A stretch of 64,000 nt of DNA from Leucoraja ocellata (GCA_036785375.1 JAWMAR010000007.1:10974001-11038000); one strand, 5' to 3'. Counted from the stretch's first letter, positions 22,303-37,300 are shown. Program-made: numbers and translations. The notes: generated from the letters alone by a model not told the origin.

Positions 22303-24250
22303 CGTCAAGTCAAGTCAAGTCTATTCGTCACATACACATACGAGATGTGCAGTGAAATGAAAGTGGCAATGCCCACGGACTTTGTGCAAAAAGACAAACA
22401 AACAAACAACCAAACAAACTATAAACACAATCATAACACACATATTCTTTTACATAATAAATAATAGAAGGAAAAACGTTCAGTAAAGTTAGTCCCTGGT
22501 GAAATAGGAGTTTACAGTCCGAATGGCCTCTGGGAAGAAACTCCTTCTCAACCTCTCCGTTCTCATAGCATGGTAACGGATGCATTTGCCTGACCGTATC
22601 AGCTGAAACAGTCCGTTGCATGGGTGGAAGGGGTCTCCCATGTTTTTATTGGCTCTGGAGTTGCACCTCCTGATGTATAGTTCCTGCAGGGGGGCGAGTG
22701 AAGTTCGGCCGAACGCACTACTCTCTGCAGAGCCTTCTTGTCCTGGGCAGAGCAATTCCCAAACCAAATGGTAATTTTTTCCAGACAAGATGCTTTCCAC
22801 AGCCGCTGCGTAGAAGCACTGGAGGATCCTCGGAGACACTCTCAATTTCCTCAATTGCCTGAGGTGGTAAAGGCGCTGCCTTGCCTTACTCACGAGTGCT
22901 GAGGCGTGTGATGTCCATGTCATATCCTCAGAGATGTGGACTCCCAGATATTTAAAACAGTTCACCCTATCCACAGTATCCCCATTTATCCTCAATGGAG
23001 TGTACGTACTCGGATGATGTGCCCTCCTAAAATCCACGATCAGCTCCTTAGTTTTATTGATGTTCAAGAGGAGGCTGTTATCCTGGCAGCAGAGTGCCTT
23101 CTCATCGTTGTCTGAGATCAGGCCCACCACCACAGTGTCATCAGCAAACTTAATTATTGAGTTGGAGCTGAACCTAGCCACACAGTCATGTGTGTACAGG
23201 GAGTACAATAGGGGGCTGAGGATGCAACCCTGGGGCGATCCTGTGCTCAGGGTGAGGGACTTCGATGTATTCCCTCCCATCTTGACTACCTGGGGACTGG
23301 CGGTGAGAAAGTCCAGAACCCAGGCACACAGGGAGGTGTTGAGCCCCAATTCCATTAGCTTCCCGGCCAGTCTGGTGGGGACTATCGTGTTGAAGGCTGA
23401 ACTGAAGTCTATGAACAGCATCCTCACGTAGCCCCCCTTCTGGCTGTCAAGATGAGAGACAGCGGTGTGCAAAACCTGGGAGACCGCATCGCCCGTGGAT
23501 CTGTTCGGACGGTATGCGAACTGCAACGGGTCCATGTTGCGAGGGAGGAAGGCGCAGATTTGTTTCTTCACCAGCCTCTCAAAGCATTTCATGACTACCG
23601 AGGTAAGGGCCACCGGATGGTAGTCATTCAGACAGGCTGGGGAGGCATTTTTTGGTACCGGTACAATGGTGGATTTTTTGAAGCAGGCAGGGACCATGGA
23701 CTTGGCCAGGGAGAGGTTGAATAATGTAGTGAGCACTGGAGCTAGCTGCGTAGCACAGGACTTGAGTACTCGCCCCTAGATGCCATCAGGGCCTGCAGCT
23801 TTCCTCGTGTTCACCCATGTCAGAGCCGTCCTCACGTCATGCTCGGAGAGCGTGAATGTGTGCACATTCCTCCCTTCAGATTCGGTAGCCAGCCCGCTGG
23901 CGGTATTGTCGATAGTCGGCAGACCTGGAGTGGTGTTGCCCCTCTCGAAACGAGCGTAAAAGGAGTTCAGCTCATCAGCTAGGGAGGTGCCGGCACTTAC
24001 GGATGAGGGTGGGGTGCTCCGGGAGTTGGTTACAGTCCGTAGCCCCTGCCACAGGCGTCTGGTGGCCTGCTGCTCCATCTGTGACTCCATCTTGTCCCTG
24101 TACCTCCTTTTTGCGTCCTTCACCGCCCTTCGCAGTCGGTAGGACTCTGCCTTGTTGACGTCCATGTTTTCTGCTGCCAGGCCCGATTTGTAGGCAGAGG
24201 TGCAAGCATTCAAGTCCACACGAACGGACCTATCTACCCAGGGTTTTTGG
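22303..24250 (-). mobile_element. Rex1/Babar LINE, 5'-truncated RT
   Basis: 415 aa ORF: [53 protein letters not shown]; (GACTT)n tail at 22303-22321. Confidence 0.93.
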
Positions 24251-24265
24251 TTTGGTTTGGTTTGG

Positions 24266-25452
24266 ACTTTCAGAAAGCATTTGATAAGGTCCCACATAGG
24301 AGATTATTGGGCAAAATTAGGGCACATGGTATTCCGGGTAGAGTGCTGACATGGATAGAGAAGTGGTTGGCAGACAGGAAACAAAGAGTAGGGATTAACG
24401 GGTCCCTTTCAGAATGGCAGGCAGTGACTAATGGGGTACCGCAAGGCTCGTTGCTGGGACCGCAGCTATTTACAATATACAGCAATGATTTGGATGAAGG
24501 GAATCAAAGTAACATTAGCAAATTTGCAGGTGACACAAAGCTGGGTGGCAGTATGAACTGTGAGGAGGATGCTATGAGAATGCAGGGTGACTTGGACAGG
24601 TTGGGGAAGTGGGCAGATGCATGGTAGAAGAAGTTTAATGCGGATGCATGTGAGGTTATCCACTTTGGTAGCAAAAACAGGAAGGCAGATTACTATCTAA
24701 ATGGCATCAAGTTGGGAAAAGGGGCAGTACAACGGGATCTGGGGGTCCATGTACATCAGTTTATGAAAGTAAGAATGCAGGTACAGCAGCAGTGAAGAAA
24801 GCGAATGGCATGTTGGCCTTTATAACAAGAGGAATCGAATATAGGAGCAAAGAGGTCCTTCTGCAGTTGTACAGAGCCCTAGTGAGACCATACCTGGAGT
24901 ATTATGTGCAGTTTTGGTCCCCTAATCTGAGGAATTACATTCTTGCTATTGAGGGAGTGCAACGTAGGTTGACAAGGTTAATTCCCGGTCTGGCGGGACT
25001 GTCATATGCTGAGAGAATGGAGCGGCTGGGCTTGTGCACTCTGGAGTTAAGAAGGATGAGAGAGGATCTCATTGAAACATATAAGATTGTTAAGGGTTTG
25101 GACACGCTAGAGGCAGGAAACATGGTCCCAATGTTGGGGGAGTCCAGAACCAGTGGCCACAGTTTAAGATTAAGGAGTAAGCCATTTAGAACGGAGACGA
25201 GGAAACACTTTTTCTCACAGAGAGTGGTGACTGTGGAATTCTCTGCCTCAGGGGGTGGTGGAGGTAGGTTCTCTGGATGCTTTCAAGAGAGAGCTAGGTA
25301 GGGCTTAAAAATAGTGGAGTCAGGGGATATGGGGAGAAGGCAGGAACGGGGTACTGATTGGGGTTGATCAGCCATGATCACATTGAATGGCGGTAATGGC
25401 TCGAAGGGCCGAATGGCCTACTCCTGCACCTATTGTCTATTGTCTATTGTCT
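24266..25452 (+). mobile_element. CR1 LINE 3' portion
   Basis: LDFQKAFDKVPH..VPQGS..; ends in a (CTATTGT)3 tail. Confidence 0.92.
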
Positions 25453-25454
25453 AC

Positions 25455-25858
25455 CCCCTGACCATCGACCACCCACCACCCCCCCACCAGACATCGCCTC
25501 GGCCTCAGTCCACTCACCTGCCTTCCTCCGGCCCCAACCCCCATTCCTGCCGTGTGTTCACCCACCCCCCTGACCTCCCCCTCTCAGATACTGAACGGTC
25601 TGTCCTCAGCAGAGGCCTCACCTTTGTCCCCTTCCATCCCCACCTCAATTAGTTCCGTGCCCGCCGCGATTTGGAGCGCTTCTTCCGTCGCCTCCGCCTC
25701 ACACCCTTCTTCCATGGGAATGAGTCCTCGCCCCCATTGATGATCCCTTTTCCCATCACCAACGGACCCCCTCCTCTTGGAACCCCCCCCTCATGGCCAT
25801 CTTCCGGCTTTAGACCATTTTATTTTAAACTGCCGACAGGACATCAACCGCCTCAACA
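25455..25858 (+). mobile_element. Penelope-like retroelement ORF fragment
   Basis: CRVFT..PDLPLSDTERSVLSRGLTFVP..HLN..LERFFRRLRL resembles the N-terminus of Penelope-like ORFs. Confidence 0.7.
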
Positions 25859-26029
25859 GTATATAATACCATGTAATCCTGTGTTCAGGGAAGTGGAGAG
25901 AGGACAGCCAAGTGTCCGTGTTGCTGACTTGGCTGGGGCTTGTTTTCCTTGCCATCTCCGTCGGACGATAATTGGTAAAGTTTTGAATTGGTCGACCAAA
26001 CTGCTTTGTGATTTGTCTGTTTATTAAGA

Positions 26030-26990
26030 CGTGAACCTGTTTGTTTAGTTATAAGTTAGCCTTTTTCAAGCAGGTTAGATTCAGATTTGAATCTGGTTTT
26101 GCAATATAATTGTCAATAAGGAACAATTCTTTAAGAAATAGTTCCCAACGGGAGGCACATGCAAAAGCCGCAGAAGCTATTTTGGAAAGTTACAGCGCTA
26201 TCACTGATGCCCTCAATCATTTGTACTCCGATGTTAATGTGAAGGGTGATACCAGGCTTCAAGCTAACAATCTTTTGCAGAAAATGGAAGAACTGGAATT
26301 TGTGTTTATGCTGCATTTTTGGACACGTCTGATAAGTCATTTCCACAAGGTCAACAAAGCCATTCAGAAATCCAAACAAGTTATTGAGTACTTGTGCAAG
26401 TTTGTACAGTTCAGGATTTTGTACGCAAAATTAGAGAAGAATTTGATGAGCTTGAGCAACAAGCAAATGCCACCTTGCCAGATGTTAATTCCAGAACTGT
26501 CACAGGGAGACAAAGAGTAAGGAAGTGGCAAGGAAATGATGGAAGTGCACCTGGTTCTGATGCTTTAGATAACTCTCTTCAAGAGATAAGTTTAGGAAAA
26601 AATCCTTTATCCCTATGCGAGATGTACTTGAAACCAATTTAAAAAGAAGAGATATTGTGTACAGCGAAGTTGCACAACAGTTTTCCTTTCTTGCTAATCT
26701 GACCACATCTAAGCAAGAAATTCAGCAAGGTGTTGAACATTTGATGGAAGCATACCCAGAAGATGTTGACCTGAATCTTACTGATGAACTTTTGCACTTT
26801 CACTCATACGTGAGACAAAGCCATAGGCATACAGAAGAGCACTCTCTGTCTCATGCAGACCTTTATCAAATAATATACAAGGATACAGTTCAGATGGTCT
26901 TCCCTAATGTGGAAGCAATCTTGCGGCTGTTTCTTAGCTCAATAGTCACCAACTGCTCGGGAGAGAGGTCTTTTTCAAGACTCAAAAGAA
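26030..26990 (+). mobile_element. hAT transposase fragment (C-terminal dimerisation region), frameshifted
   Basis: FPNVEAILRLFLSSIVTNCSGERSFSRLKR motif; upstream LEFVFMLHFW..LQ-like segment in other frames. Confidence 0.85.
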
Positions 26991-27589
26991 TGTGCAGAAT
27001 CCTGTCCCACCGTCGGTGTATTCCAAAGCGCTTTGCAAACAATGAAGCTCGGTGAAGCACTGTGATTGTGATGTTGGGGAAAGCAGAAACTAGTGCACAA
27101 ATAACTTTCCACAAACAGCAATGACCAGGCTAGGAAGAACCGTACCATCCAATCAGTGTTCTTGGTAAGCAGCAACCTGGCACATGTCACCAGAGGATTT
27201 ATCCCTGACCTCAGTAAAATTCACTGGACAAACTAATCCCACCTAGACACCAGAAATCATGGATTTGTTTTTGTTTCTAGTTTTGTTTTGCTCTAATGTA
27301 TCGATTTCGCTTTATAATACTTTGATTGTCTTGCAGAATTTGTGTGATTTATGTATCATTTGTTTATGTGTCTGAGTCTATGTACCTCTCATGCTGCTGC
27401 AAGCAAGATTTTCATTGTACCCGTACCTCACTATACCGACGCATATGTGACAATAAACCGCGAGAATAAAATGTGAAATTCAGACATTTCTAGTGGTGGG
27501 GTGACTGTGAAAATCCCTGCAAAGGGAATATTGATCTGATGTGAATGTGTCCTTTAAGACCGGACAATGCTTCCCCCTCTACTCTCAAG

Positions 27590-29885
27590 CTCTGTGCCGA
27601 ACAACTGGCACAGACATTTTTAACCAGTCCCTGCAAACCTGTATTGACCCTGCCTGTTTCAAAGTCTCCGCTATTGTCCCTGTACCCAAAAAGGCAAGGA
27701 TTACTGGTCTTAATGACTACAGGCTTGTCGCACTGACCTCTGTAGTCATGAAGACCCTTGAAAGGGTTGTGCTGGCCAAGCTGAAAAATATCACAAACCC
27801 CCTGCTGGACCCTCTGCAGTTTGTATATCGGGCCAATAGAACAGTGGGTAACACAGTCAGCCTAGGCCTGCACTTCATCCTCCAGCACCTAGACAGCCTA
27901 GATTAATTGTGCCAGAGCTACTACACTCCAAACTTTCCGAATTGTCTGTGACCTGAACCCCTCTGTTGGTGGATCACCAGCTTTCTCACAGACAGGAAGC
28001 AGCATGTGAGTCTGGGAAAGCACATCTCGGACCCTCAGCAGAGGAGCACGGCAAGGCTGCACACTCTCCCCTCTCCTCTACTCTCTCTACACCAATAACT
28101 GCACCTCCACAGACACCTCTGTCAAGCTTCTCAAGTTTGCAGACAATGCAACCCTGATTGGACTGATCCAGGATGGGGAGGAATCTGCCTACAGGCAGGA
28201 AGTGTCACAGCTGGCGTGCTGGTGCCAACGCAACAACCTGGAGCTCAATGCTCTTAAGGCAGTGGAATTGATTGTAGACTTTAGGAGAGTTTTCCCTCCC
28301 CTCACCCCACTCACCATCAACAACACCACAGTCACATCTGTGGAGTCTTTTAAGTTCCTGGGAACCATCATCTCCAAGAACCTTAAGTGGGGGGCTACCA
28401 TCGACTCCACAGTCAAAAAAGCACAACAGAGGATGTACTTCCAACAGCAGCTGAGGAAGCACAATGTGCCACAGGCAATGATGGTCCAATTCTATATGGT
28501 GATCGTAGAGTCTGTCCTCACCTTCTCCATCATGGTCTGGTTTGGCTCAGCTACCAAGCACGACAATACAATACAATACAATACAATACAATACGGTTTT
28601 ATACATCACATTGCAAGTGCAAGTGAAATGAATTTGCCAGCAGCGGTACAATGATAAAGAACACACAAATACACAATAAAAATGTAACACAAACATCTAC
28701 CACAGCATTCATCACTGTGGTGGAAGGCACAAAGATTGTCCAGTCCTCCTCCATTTTCCCCTGTGGTCGGGTCCACAACCCTCCGTAGCCAGCGCTGCGG
28801 GCATCCAGATGTACAGACAAGATAAAAAGTCCAGGTAAGTCGTGAATCGGTGCAACCCTACCGGAGACCGCGGCTTCAAGATGGTGTAGACCGCAGGCCG
28901 GCGGTCGAAGATTTAAAGTTCCCGCCACGCCGCAGCCAGAAGCACCACAGACCACAGGGCCGGTGGTCTGGAGCTCCCCTACAGGGTTCCCCGGCTTGGG
29001 ACCCCGCTCCTGATGGTAAGTAAGTCCACGCTGCACCCGCAGTAGTAGTTGGCCGCGGGCCCATAGTTGGAGCTCTTCTACCCCCGGGTCCCCCACGAGG
29101 GATCCCGGGCTGCAGACGCCGCACCAGCTGGAACTCTGCAGACCAGGGCTTCAGGCTGCTGGCTGCCGCGGACCAGCAAAACAGAGCGCTCCCCCTCAGG
29201 CGAGCCCCTGCTCCACTCGCAGAGACCATGCTGCGCCCACCGCTGAGCCCCGGGCGCGTCTCTGGGAAAAGCCGCCCGACCTTCGCTGGGGGAGGTGACC
29301 AATGGGGAGGTGACCTGGAAAAAGTCGCCTCTCTGTGGAGGAGGTGACCGAAGCCGTTTCCCCCTTACCCCTCCGCCCCACACAAAACGCACAGAGGAAC
29401 ATTAAAAACATACATTAAAAGATACTAAAAAAACAAATAAAGTTGAAAAAAATCCGGAGGTTGCAGAGAATCGTCCGATCAGTTAAGAAGGTTATTGGCT
29501 GCAACCTTCCCTCCATTGACAAACTGTACACTGCAGAGGCTAAGAAGCGAGCGGATAAGATCATCTCTGACCCCTCTCACCCTGGCCACAAACTCTTTGA
29601 ATCATGTCCCTCTGGAAGGCGACTCCGGACTGACAAAGCTGCCACAGCCAGACATAAAAACAGCTTTTTTCCATGACTATTAGCTCTACTCAACAGCCAA
29701 CAATCCGTAGCCTCCATCTGCTCTGATATTTTATTTAATTCACATGTTTGATCAATGTGTTTTATTATTAATGTTTAGTGTTTTATGTATCAGTCGTAAC
29801 TGTCACTGTATGTCATGTTGTCACATGTGGGCGGATCACAAAGGCAAATTCCTTGTTTGTGAATACTTGGCCAATAAACTTATTC
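27590..29885 (+). mobile_element. Rex1/Babar LINE fragment split by an insertion (28565-29452)
   Basis: [35 protein letters not shown] and IRRLQRIV are joined across the insertion. Paralog at 59820-61400. Confidence 0.88.
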
Positions 29886-30326
29886 ATGCATGCATTCAAT
29901 CATACATGCATTCATTCATTCATCCATTCATTCATTCGTTAAGAATTATGCACGGTATCACATATCAAATATTTGGTGGTGCATTGAGGGATGATGCAGG
30001 GTCTTGACCTGAAAAGTCAAAAAAGTGCGGTGTGGACTTGAAATATTGCTGGCATACCACCGACAGCAGTCAGAGGGTGAAGCCCTTGTTGCTGCTGTCA
30101 GTTCCACTCAGTTTGTGCTGGACAAGGACTGGTTGATTGAAATGCAAAGTGTCAAAATTGACTTCTCCATTTGAAGCTGTATGACAATTCTTGCAAAGTC
30201 TCTTGCGCCCTTTTACACTCTATGTTAAATGTAAAATTCAGAAAACTACAGAAAACTGCAGGAGTCTCGGTTCTACTCGTCCAGTGGATAGACTTACGGC
30301 ATTTGAAAGCTCAACGAGAGAAGAGA

Positions 30327-30375
30327 ATGCTGTTCATTTTGCTTTGTGCCTTTGCACTGCCTGTCACCGCTAATC
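30327..30375 (+). CDS. Signal-peptide (leader) exon of receptor gene copy B
   Basis: ATG in agaATG context, MLFILLCAFALPVTAN + C, perfect donor GTAAGT. Phase 1 matches all V acceptors. Identical copy at 62177-62225. The link to the V exons is inferred. Confidence 0.78.
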
Positions 30376-32029
30376 GTAAGTATCCTTTAATAAGGAACAG
30401 AAGTTGCTTTTCTGGCTGTTTCACTGTGAGTGAAATGATTAACTGTATGAGATAGACATGTGTGTCCGTGGAAACAGAGCAGGATCAGTCTTTTGATGCT
30501 GTACTTAAGATGACAGGCAGTCTTCCAGAAAGGCAATATGTATGTGTGTGAAGACCTTTAATACAAACATTTTACAATACAGTAAATGATCGGTTTGAGA
30601 TTATAAGGCTGGAGTCAGAGCAGCTGGGGAGATTGTGTTTAGTTGTCGACCCCACACTTCTGAATGAAGATATTAGCCCTTGAGAGGGAGTGAAGGGCGT
30701 TGTGTCCTTGGCATAGTTTAAAAGTGAAGATGATGAGAAATATGTTCACTGAGAGTAATGCACCTATAGAATTATCGAATTGAAAGTAGTTCAAGCCAAG
30801 CCACCTCTTGTCTTCAGCAAGGAGCTGAATATATTCCCAGGCTAAAGAAATCAAGGGGAATGGGGACAAAGTTCAATTCAGTATTGATTAGCAATTAAGA
30901 GCCATAATCATATTGACTGTTGACCAGGCTTGAACAGCCGAATGGCTTCCTGTGTTGCTCTGAATGTCTTTGCGCTCATTGTTGATTCTGATCCTAATCA
31001 AATTGGTTTTGGTTTATTATTGTCACATGTACTGAGGTACCGTGAACACCTGCACCTGGGATAATACCTTTCTCAAAATAACATCTCATATGTGAAGAAT
31101 GAATCCCCAATCTTCCAATATACCTTGTTGTGGCCACAAAGATTTTTAATAAACGACAATTCCTCTGTAGGTGCAATGCTATATTATTTACTCTATTTGT
31201 TTTCTCTAATGCACTAAGTGATGTAATGAAAAAAATGAAATGATTCAATTTATTGTCATTGTCAGTGTACAGTACAGAGACAACGAAATGCATTCAAGAT
31301 GTAATCAAGAATGGTACAATTTAGCCAGATAACACACAAAATAATTTTTCGTCTATCTCAGTATACATGAAAATAATAAACCAATACTAATTTTCCTCAA
31401 TCAGTATTACCGGCCCATCTAAAATGTCCCTTCCCTCTCCATTATCAACACCTTGTAGCCAGAACCATTAAATGTCTGGTTCTGCCCCAACTCTGCATCA
31501 TTTTTCCATATAGATATTTCTACCTGTCAATAACCAGGCTCACTCACATATTTACTATTTTCGTACTATCTGCCACTCCCAATCTTGGTGCACCTTATTT
31601 CTCTTTTCTCTTGCCACACACTAGTAATAGATACTGATCCATTACTTTGTCTGTTCGGCTCAAACTCTTCTTCGTGCACCAATAAATCTCCCTACTACGA
31701 CACTGTCCCAGTGTGGCTGAGGTGCAACCCATTGATCTTGGAGAGGTCTTTCCTGTTGCAGAACTGGTCCAATGCCCCTAGAATTTAGAGCAGAAACGAG
31801 AAAGTCACGAAAATTAGTGCAGTAATTAAAATGTCCTGAGCATTGGAGCAGTAACCAGAATTCTGGTGGATTAGCACAGCACCTAGAATATCACAAGAAT
31901 TGAACAGTAATTCAGCTCAAAAATCAATCCATGGCTCCCCAGCCCCAGTTTCTACCACTGACCGAAAAACACTGAGGGCAACTTAGAGTAGTCTGTTAAT
32001 TAACGATGCGCATCAATTTGAGAAGGAGA

Positions 32030-33497
32030 AGGTTAAAGTGTCAGTGATGCAGTTGAACAAAGGGGACTATGAAGGCATGAGAGAGGAGCAGGCCAAGGTA
32101 GACTGGAAAGGGATCCTAGCAGAAATGACGATGGAACAGGAATGGCAGGAATTTCTGGGCATTATCCAGAAGATGCAGGATCATTTCATTCGAAAAAGGA
32201 AGAAAGATTCCAAGTAGGAGGCAACCGTGGGTGACAAGAGAAGTTAGGGATAGAATAAAACTAAACGTAAAGATGTATAACACAGCAAAGCGTAGTCGGA
32301 AGCCAGAGGATTGGGAAACTTTCATAGGACAACAGATGGAAACAAAACGGGCAATATGGGCTGAAAAGATGAAGTATGAGGGGCAGCTGGCCAGGAATAT
32401 AAGGAAGGACAGTAAAAGCTTCTTTAGATATGTTATGGGAAAAGAGTAGCAAAGTCAAATGTGGGTCCCTTGAAGGCAGACACGGGTAAAATTATAATGG
32501 GGACAAGGAAATGGCAGAAAAGTTGGTACTTCGGATCTGTCTTCACTAAGGAAGACACAAACAATCTCCCAGATGTACTGGAGGACAGAGGATCTAAGGG
32601 GGTAAAGGAACTGAAAGAACATTTTATTAGGTTAGAAATATTATTGGGGAGGCTAATGGGACTGAAGGATGATAAATCCTCTGGGCCTGATGGTCTGCAT
32701 CCCAGGGTCCTCAGGGAGGTGGCTCTAAAAATAGTGGACGCATTGGTGATCATTTTCCAATGTTCAATAGATTCAGGATAAGTTCCTGTGGATTGGAGGA
32801 TTGCTAATGTTATCCATTTTTCAAGAAAGGAGCGAGAGAGAAAACGGGGAATTGCAGACCAGTTAGCCTGACTTCGGTGGTGAGAAAGATGCTGGAGTCA
32901 ATTATTAAAGAGGTAATAATGGGGCATTTGGATAGCAGTAAAAGGATTAGTCCAAGTCAACATGGATTTATGAAAGGGAAATCATGCTTGACTAATCTTC
33001 TGGAATTTTTTGAGGATGTGACAAGTAAAATGGATGAAGGGGAGCCAGTGGATGCAGTGTGTCTAGACTTTTAGATAGCCTTTGATAAGGTCCTGCATAG
33101 GAGACTGGTGACAAAAATTGGAGCACATGGTATTGGGGGTAGGGTGTTGACATGAATAGAAAATTGATTGGCAAACAGGAAGCAAAGAGTAGGAGTGAAC
33201 GGGTCCTTTTCAAAATGGCAGGCAGTAGCGAGTGGAGTGCCGCAAGGCTTGGTGTTGGGGCCGCAACTATTTACCATATATATTAATGATTTGGAAGAGG
33301 GAATTAGGAGCTACACTAGCAAGTTTGCGGATGACACAAAGCTGGGGGGCAGTGTGAACTGTGAAGAGGATGTTAGGAGGTTGCAGGGTGACCTGGACAG
33401 GTTGAGCGAGTGGGCAGATGAGTGGCAGATGCAGTGTAATATAGATAAATGTGAGGTTATCCACTTTGGTGGCAAAAACAAGGGGGTAGATTATTAT
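32030..33497 (+). mobile_element. CR1 LINE ORF2 fragment
   Basis: KSFFRY, GPDGLHPRVLRE, SQHGFMKGKSCLTNL, KFADDTKL; several stops. Confidence 0.92.
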
Positions 33498-34355
33498 CAT
33501 ATTGGCTGCCCTCTATATTTACTCTCATTCACTTACCAATCAAGTGACCACAACAGCCGATCACCAGGGCAATCCTGTCCCCAACCTATCATAGATTCCT
33601 CCACATTCCCACTTCTCTGCAACACAAGACATTTGTTTTATTGTAACTTTTCCCAGTTCTGATCATCAACCTGACAATCATTTGTTTCTCTCCTGATTTT
33701 TTCTATGTCAATGTAGCTATCGTAATCTTGTACTTCATACTTTCATCATTGAGCCCAGCGTCTCGCACTTCACTAACCATTGCCTCAATGTGTCACATTT
33801 GTTTTAGTTAACTGTGTCTCAGAAGGAGTTTTCCACATGTTCCTTGGCATCCTGGAGCATTGTTCTGTTTAACTATCTTATCTCTCATTTCTGTGTAGGT
33901 ATTATCACTCGGTGCGTGTCTCTGTTAATTTTTATCTCACAAACCTTCTCCACCTCTTCATATTCCATTTGCAATCTTCTTATAATTCAATGGAAAATGA
34001 CCTTGTAGTAGAATATGCAGTAGGAAATGTAGTAGAGGTATACTACATCGGCTGGATCCTTCCTTATCAATTCTGTTAGATATATTGTCCACCCTAACCC
34101 TAAACTCCACTTAAATTGTCAACAGAACTTCCCCTTCATCAAGAATTAAAACATAAATTGCTGTAAAATTAATCAGGTCTGATTGCAAGTCAACTGGAGG
34201 GGCGACAATATCCATGTAGGACATAGAAACATAGAAATTAAGTGCAGGAGTAGGCCATTCGGCCCTTCGAGCCTGCACCGCCATTCAATATGATCATGGC
34301 TGATCATCCAACTCAGTATCCCGTACCTGCCTTCTCTCCATACCCCCTGATTCTC

Positions 34356-37300
34356 TTACCCACAAGGGCCACACTCCCTCTTAAATATAGCCAATGCACT
34401 GGCCTCAACTACTCTCTGTGTGAAAAAAGTACTTCTCATCTCGGTTTTAAAGGATTTCCCCCTTATCCTTAAGCTGTGACCACTTGTCCTGGACTTCCCC
34501 AACATCGGGAGCAATCTTCCTGCATCTAGCCTGTCCAACCCCTTAAGAATTTTGTAAGTTTCTATAAGATCCCCTCTCAATCTCCTAAATTCTAGAGAGT
34601 ATAAACCAAGTCTATCCCGTCTTTCTTCATAAGACAGTCCTGACATCCCAGGAATCAGTCTGGTGAACCTTCTCTGCACTCCCTCTATGGCAATAATGTC
34701 CTTCCTCAGATTTGGAGACCAGAACTGTACGCAATACTCCAGGTGTGGTCTCACCAAGACCCTGTACAACTGCAATAGAACCTCCCTGCTCCTATACTTA
34801 AATCCTTTTGCAATGAAAGCTAACATACCATTCGCTTTCTTTACTGCCTGCTGCACCTGCATGCCTACCTTCAATGACTGGTGTACCATGACACCCAGGT
34901 CTCGCTGCATCTCCCCCTTTCCCAATCGGCCACCATTTAGATAATAGTCTGCTTTCCCGTTTTTGCCACCAAAATGGATAACCTCATATTTATCCACATT
35001 ATATTGCATCTGCCAAACATTTGCCCACTCACCCAGCCTATCCAAGTCACCTTGCAGTCTCCTAGCATCCTCCTCACAGCTAACACCGCCCCCCAGCTTA
35101 GTGTCATCCGCAAACTTGGAGATATTGCCTTCAATTCCCTCATCCAGATCATTAATATATATTGTAAATAGCTGGGGTCCCAGCACTGAGCCGTGTGGTA
35201 CCCCACTAGTCACTGCCTTCCATTGTGAAAAGGACCCGTTTACTCCTACTCTTTGCTTCCTGTTTGCCAGCCAGTTCTCTATCCACATCAATACTGAACC
35301 CCCAATGCCTTGTGCTTTAAGTTTGTATACTAATCTCTTATGTGGGACCTTGTCGAAAGCCTTCTGGAAGTCCAGATACACCACATCCACTGGTTCTCCC
35401 CTATCCGCGCTACTAGTTACATCCTTGAAAAATTCTATGAGATTCGTCAGACACGATTTACCTTTCGTAAATCCATGCTGACTTTGTCCAATGATTTCAC
35501 CACTTTCCAAATGTGCTGCTATCCCATCTTTAATAACTGACTCTAGCAGTTTCCCCACTACCGATGTTAGACTAACTGGTCTGTAATTCCCCATTTTCTC
35601 TCTCCCTCCCTTCTTAAAAAGTGGGGTTACGTTTGCTACCCGCCAATCTTCAGGAACTACTCCAGAATCTAAAGAGTTTTGAAAGATTATTACTAATGCA
35701 TCCATTATTTCTGGAGCTACTTCCTTAAGTACTCTGGGATGCAGCCTATCTGGCCCTGGGGATTTATCGGCCTTTAATCCATTCAATTTACCCAACACCA
35801 CTTCCCGGCTAACCTGGATTTCACTCAATTCCTCCAACTCCTTTGACCCGCGGTCCCCTGCTATTTCCGGCAAATTATTTATGTCTTCCTTAGTGAAGAC
35901 GGAACAAAAGTAGTTATTCAATTGGTCCACCATATCCTTGTTCACCATGATCAACTCACCTGTTTCTGACTGCAAGGGACCTACATTTGTTTTAACTAAT
36001 CTCTTTCTTTTCACATATCTATAAAAACTTTTGCAGTCAGTTTTTATGTTCCCTGCCAGTTTTCTTTCATAATCTATTTTTCCTTTCCTAATTAAGCCCT
36101 TTGTCCTCCTCTGCTGGTCTCTGAATTTCTCCCAGTTCTCCGGTATGCTGCTTTTTCTGGCTAATTTGTACGCATCATCCTTCGCTTTGATACTATCCCT
36201 GATTTCCCTTGTTATCCACGGATGTACTACCTTCCCTGATTTATTCATTTGCCAAACTGGGATGAACAATTATTGTAGTTCATCCATGCAGCCTTTAAAT
36301 GTCTTCCATTGCATATCCACCGTCAACCCTTTTAGAATTAATTGCCAGTCAATCTTGGCCAATTCACGTCTCATACCCTCAAAGTTACCTTTCTTTAAGT
36401 TCAGAACCATTGTTTCTGAATTAACAATGTCACTCTCCATCCTAATGAAGAACTCAACCATATTATGGTCACTCTTGCCCAAAGGGGCACGGACAACAAG
36501 ATTGCTAACTAACCCTTCATCATTACTCAATACCCAGTCTAAAATAGCCTGCTCTCTCGTTGGTTCCTCTACATGTTGTTTTAGATAACTACCCCGCATA
36601 CATTCCAAGAAATCCTCTTCCTCAGCACCCCTGCCAATTTGATTCACCCAATCTATATGTAGATTGAAGTCACCCATTATAACTGTTTTGCCTTTGTCGC
36701 ACGCATTTCTAATTTCCTGTTTGATACCATCTCCAACTTTACTACTACTGTTAGGTGGCCTGTACACAACACCCACCAGCGTTTTCTGCCCCTTAGTGTT
36801 TCGCAGCTCTACCCATACCGATCCATCCTCCAAATGTCCTTCCTTTCCATTGCATTAATCCCCTCTCTAATCAGTAACGCTACCCCACCTCCTTTTCCTT
36901 TCTGTCTATCCCTCCTGAATATTGAATATCCCTGGATGTTCAGCTCCCAGCCTTGGTCACCCTGGAGCCATGTCTCCGTGATCCCAACTATATCATAGTC
37001 ATTAATAGCTATCTGCACATTCAACTCATCCACCTTATTACAAATGCTCCTTGCATTGAGACACAAAGCCTTCAGGCTTGTTTTTACAACACTCTTACCC
37101 CTTATACAATTATGTTGAAAAGTGGCCCTTTTTGATTTTTGCCCTGGTTTTGTCTGCCTGCCACTTTTACTTTTCACCTTGCTACCTATTTCTTCTACCC
37201 TCATTTTACACCCCTCGGTCTCTACGCTCACACATTTAAGAAACCCTTTCCCTTTAACTCCATCCTCCACTATCCCGTTCAACACCCCACCCCCCTTATT
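34356..37300 (-). pseudogene. CR1 ORF2 (APE endonuclease + reverse transcriptase), disrupted
   Basis: 637 aa RT segment (NYRPVSLTS, YLDFQKAFD, KFADD). One stop (36270-36272) and one frameshift (about 36833), both shared with copy A. Confidence 0.93.

Larger units (their letters stand above)
26988..30559 (+). repeat. Segmental duplication block containing the leader exon (paralog of 59221-62409)
   Basis: Colinear from gaatgtgcagaatcc to gtgtgtgaagaccttt, with two internal indels of several hundred bp. Confidence 0.95.

Noticed and set aside
30140-30152. Ig-promoter octamer upstream of the leader (ATGCAAAG)
   Set aside because: One mismatch to ATGCAAAT and not conserved in the paralog near 19045.
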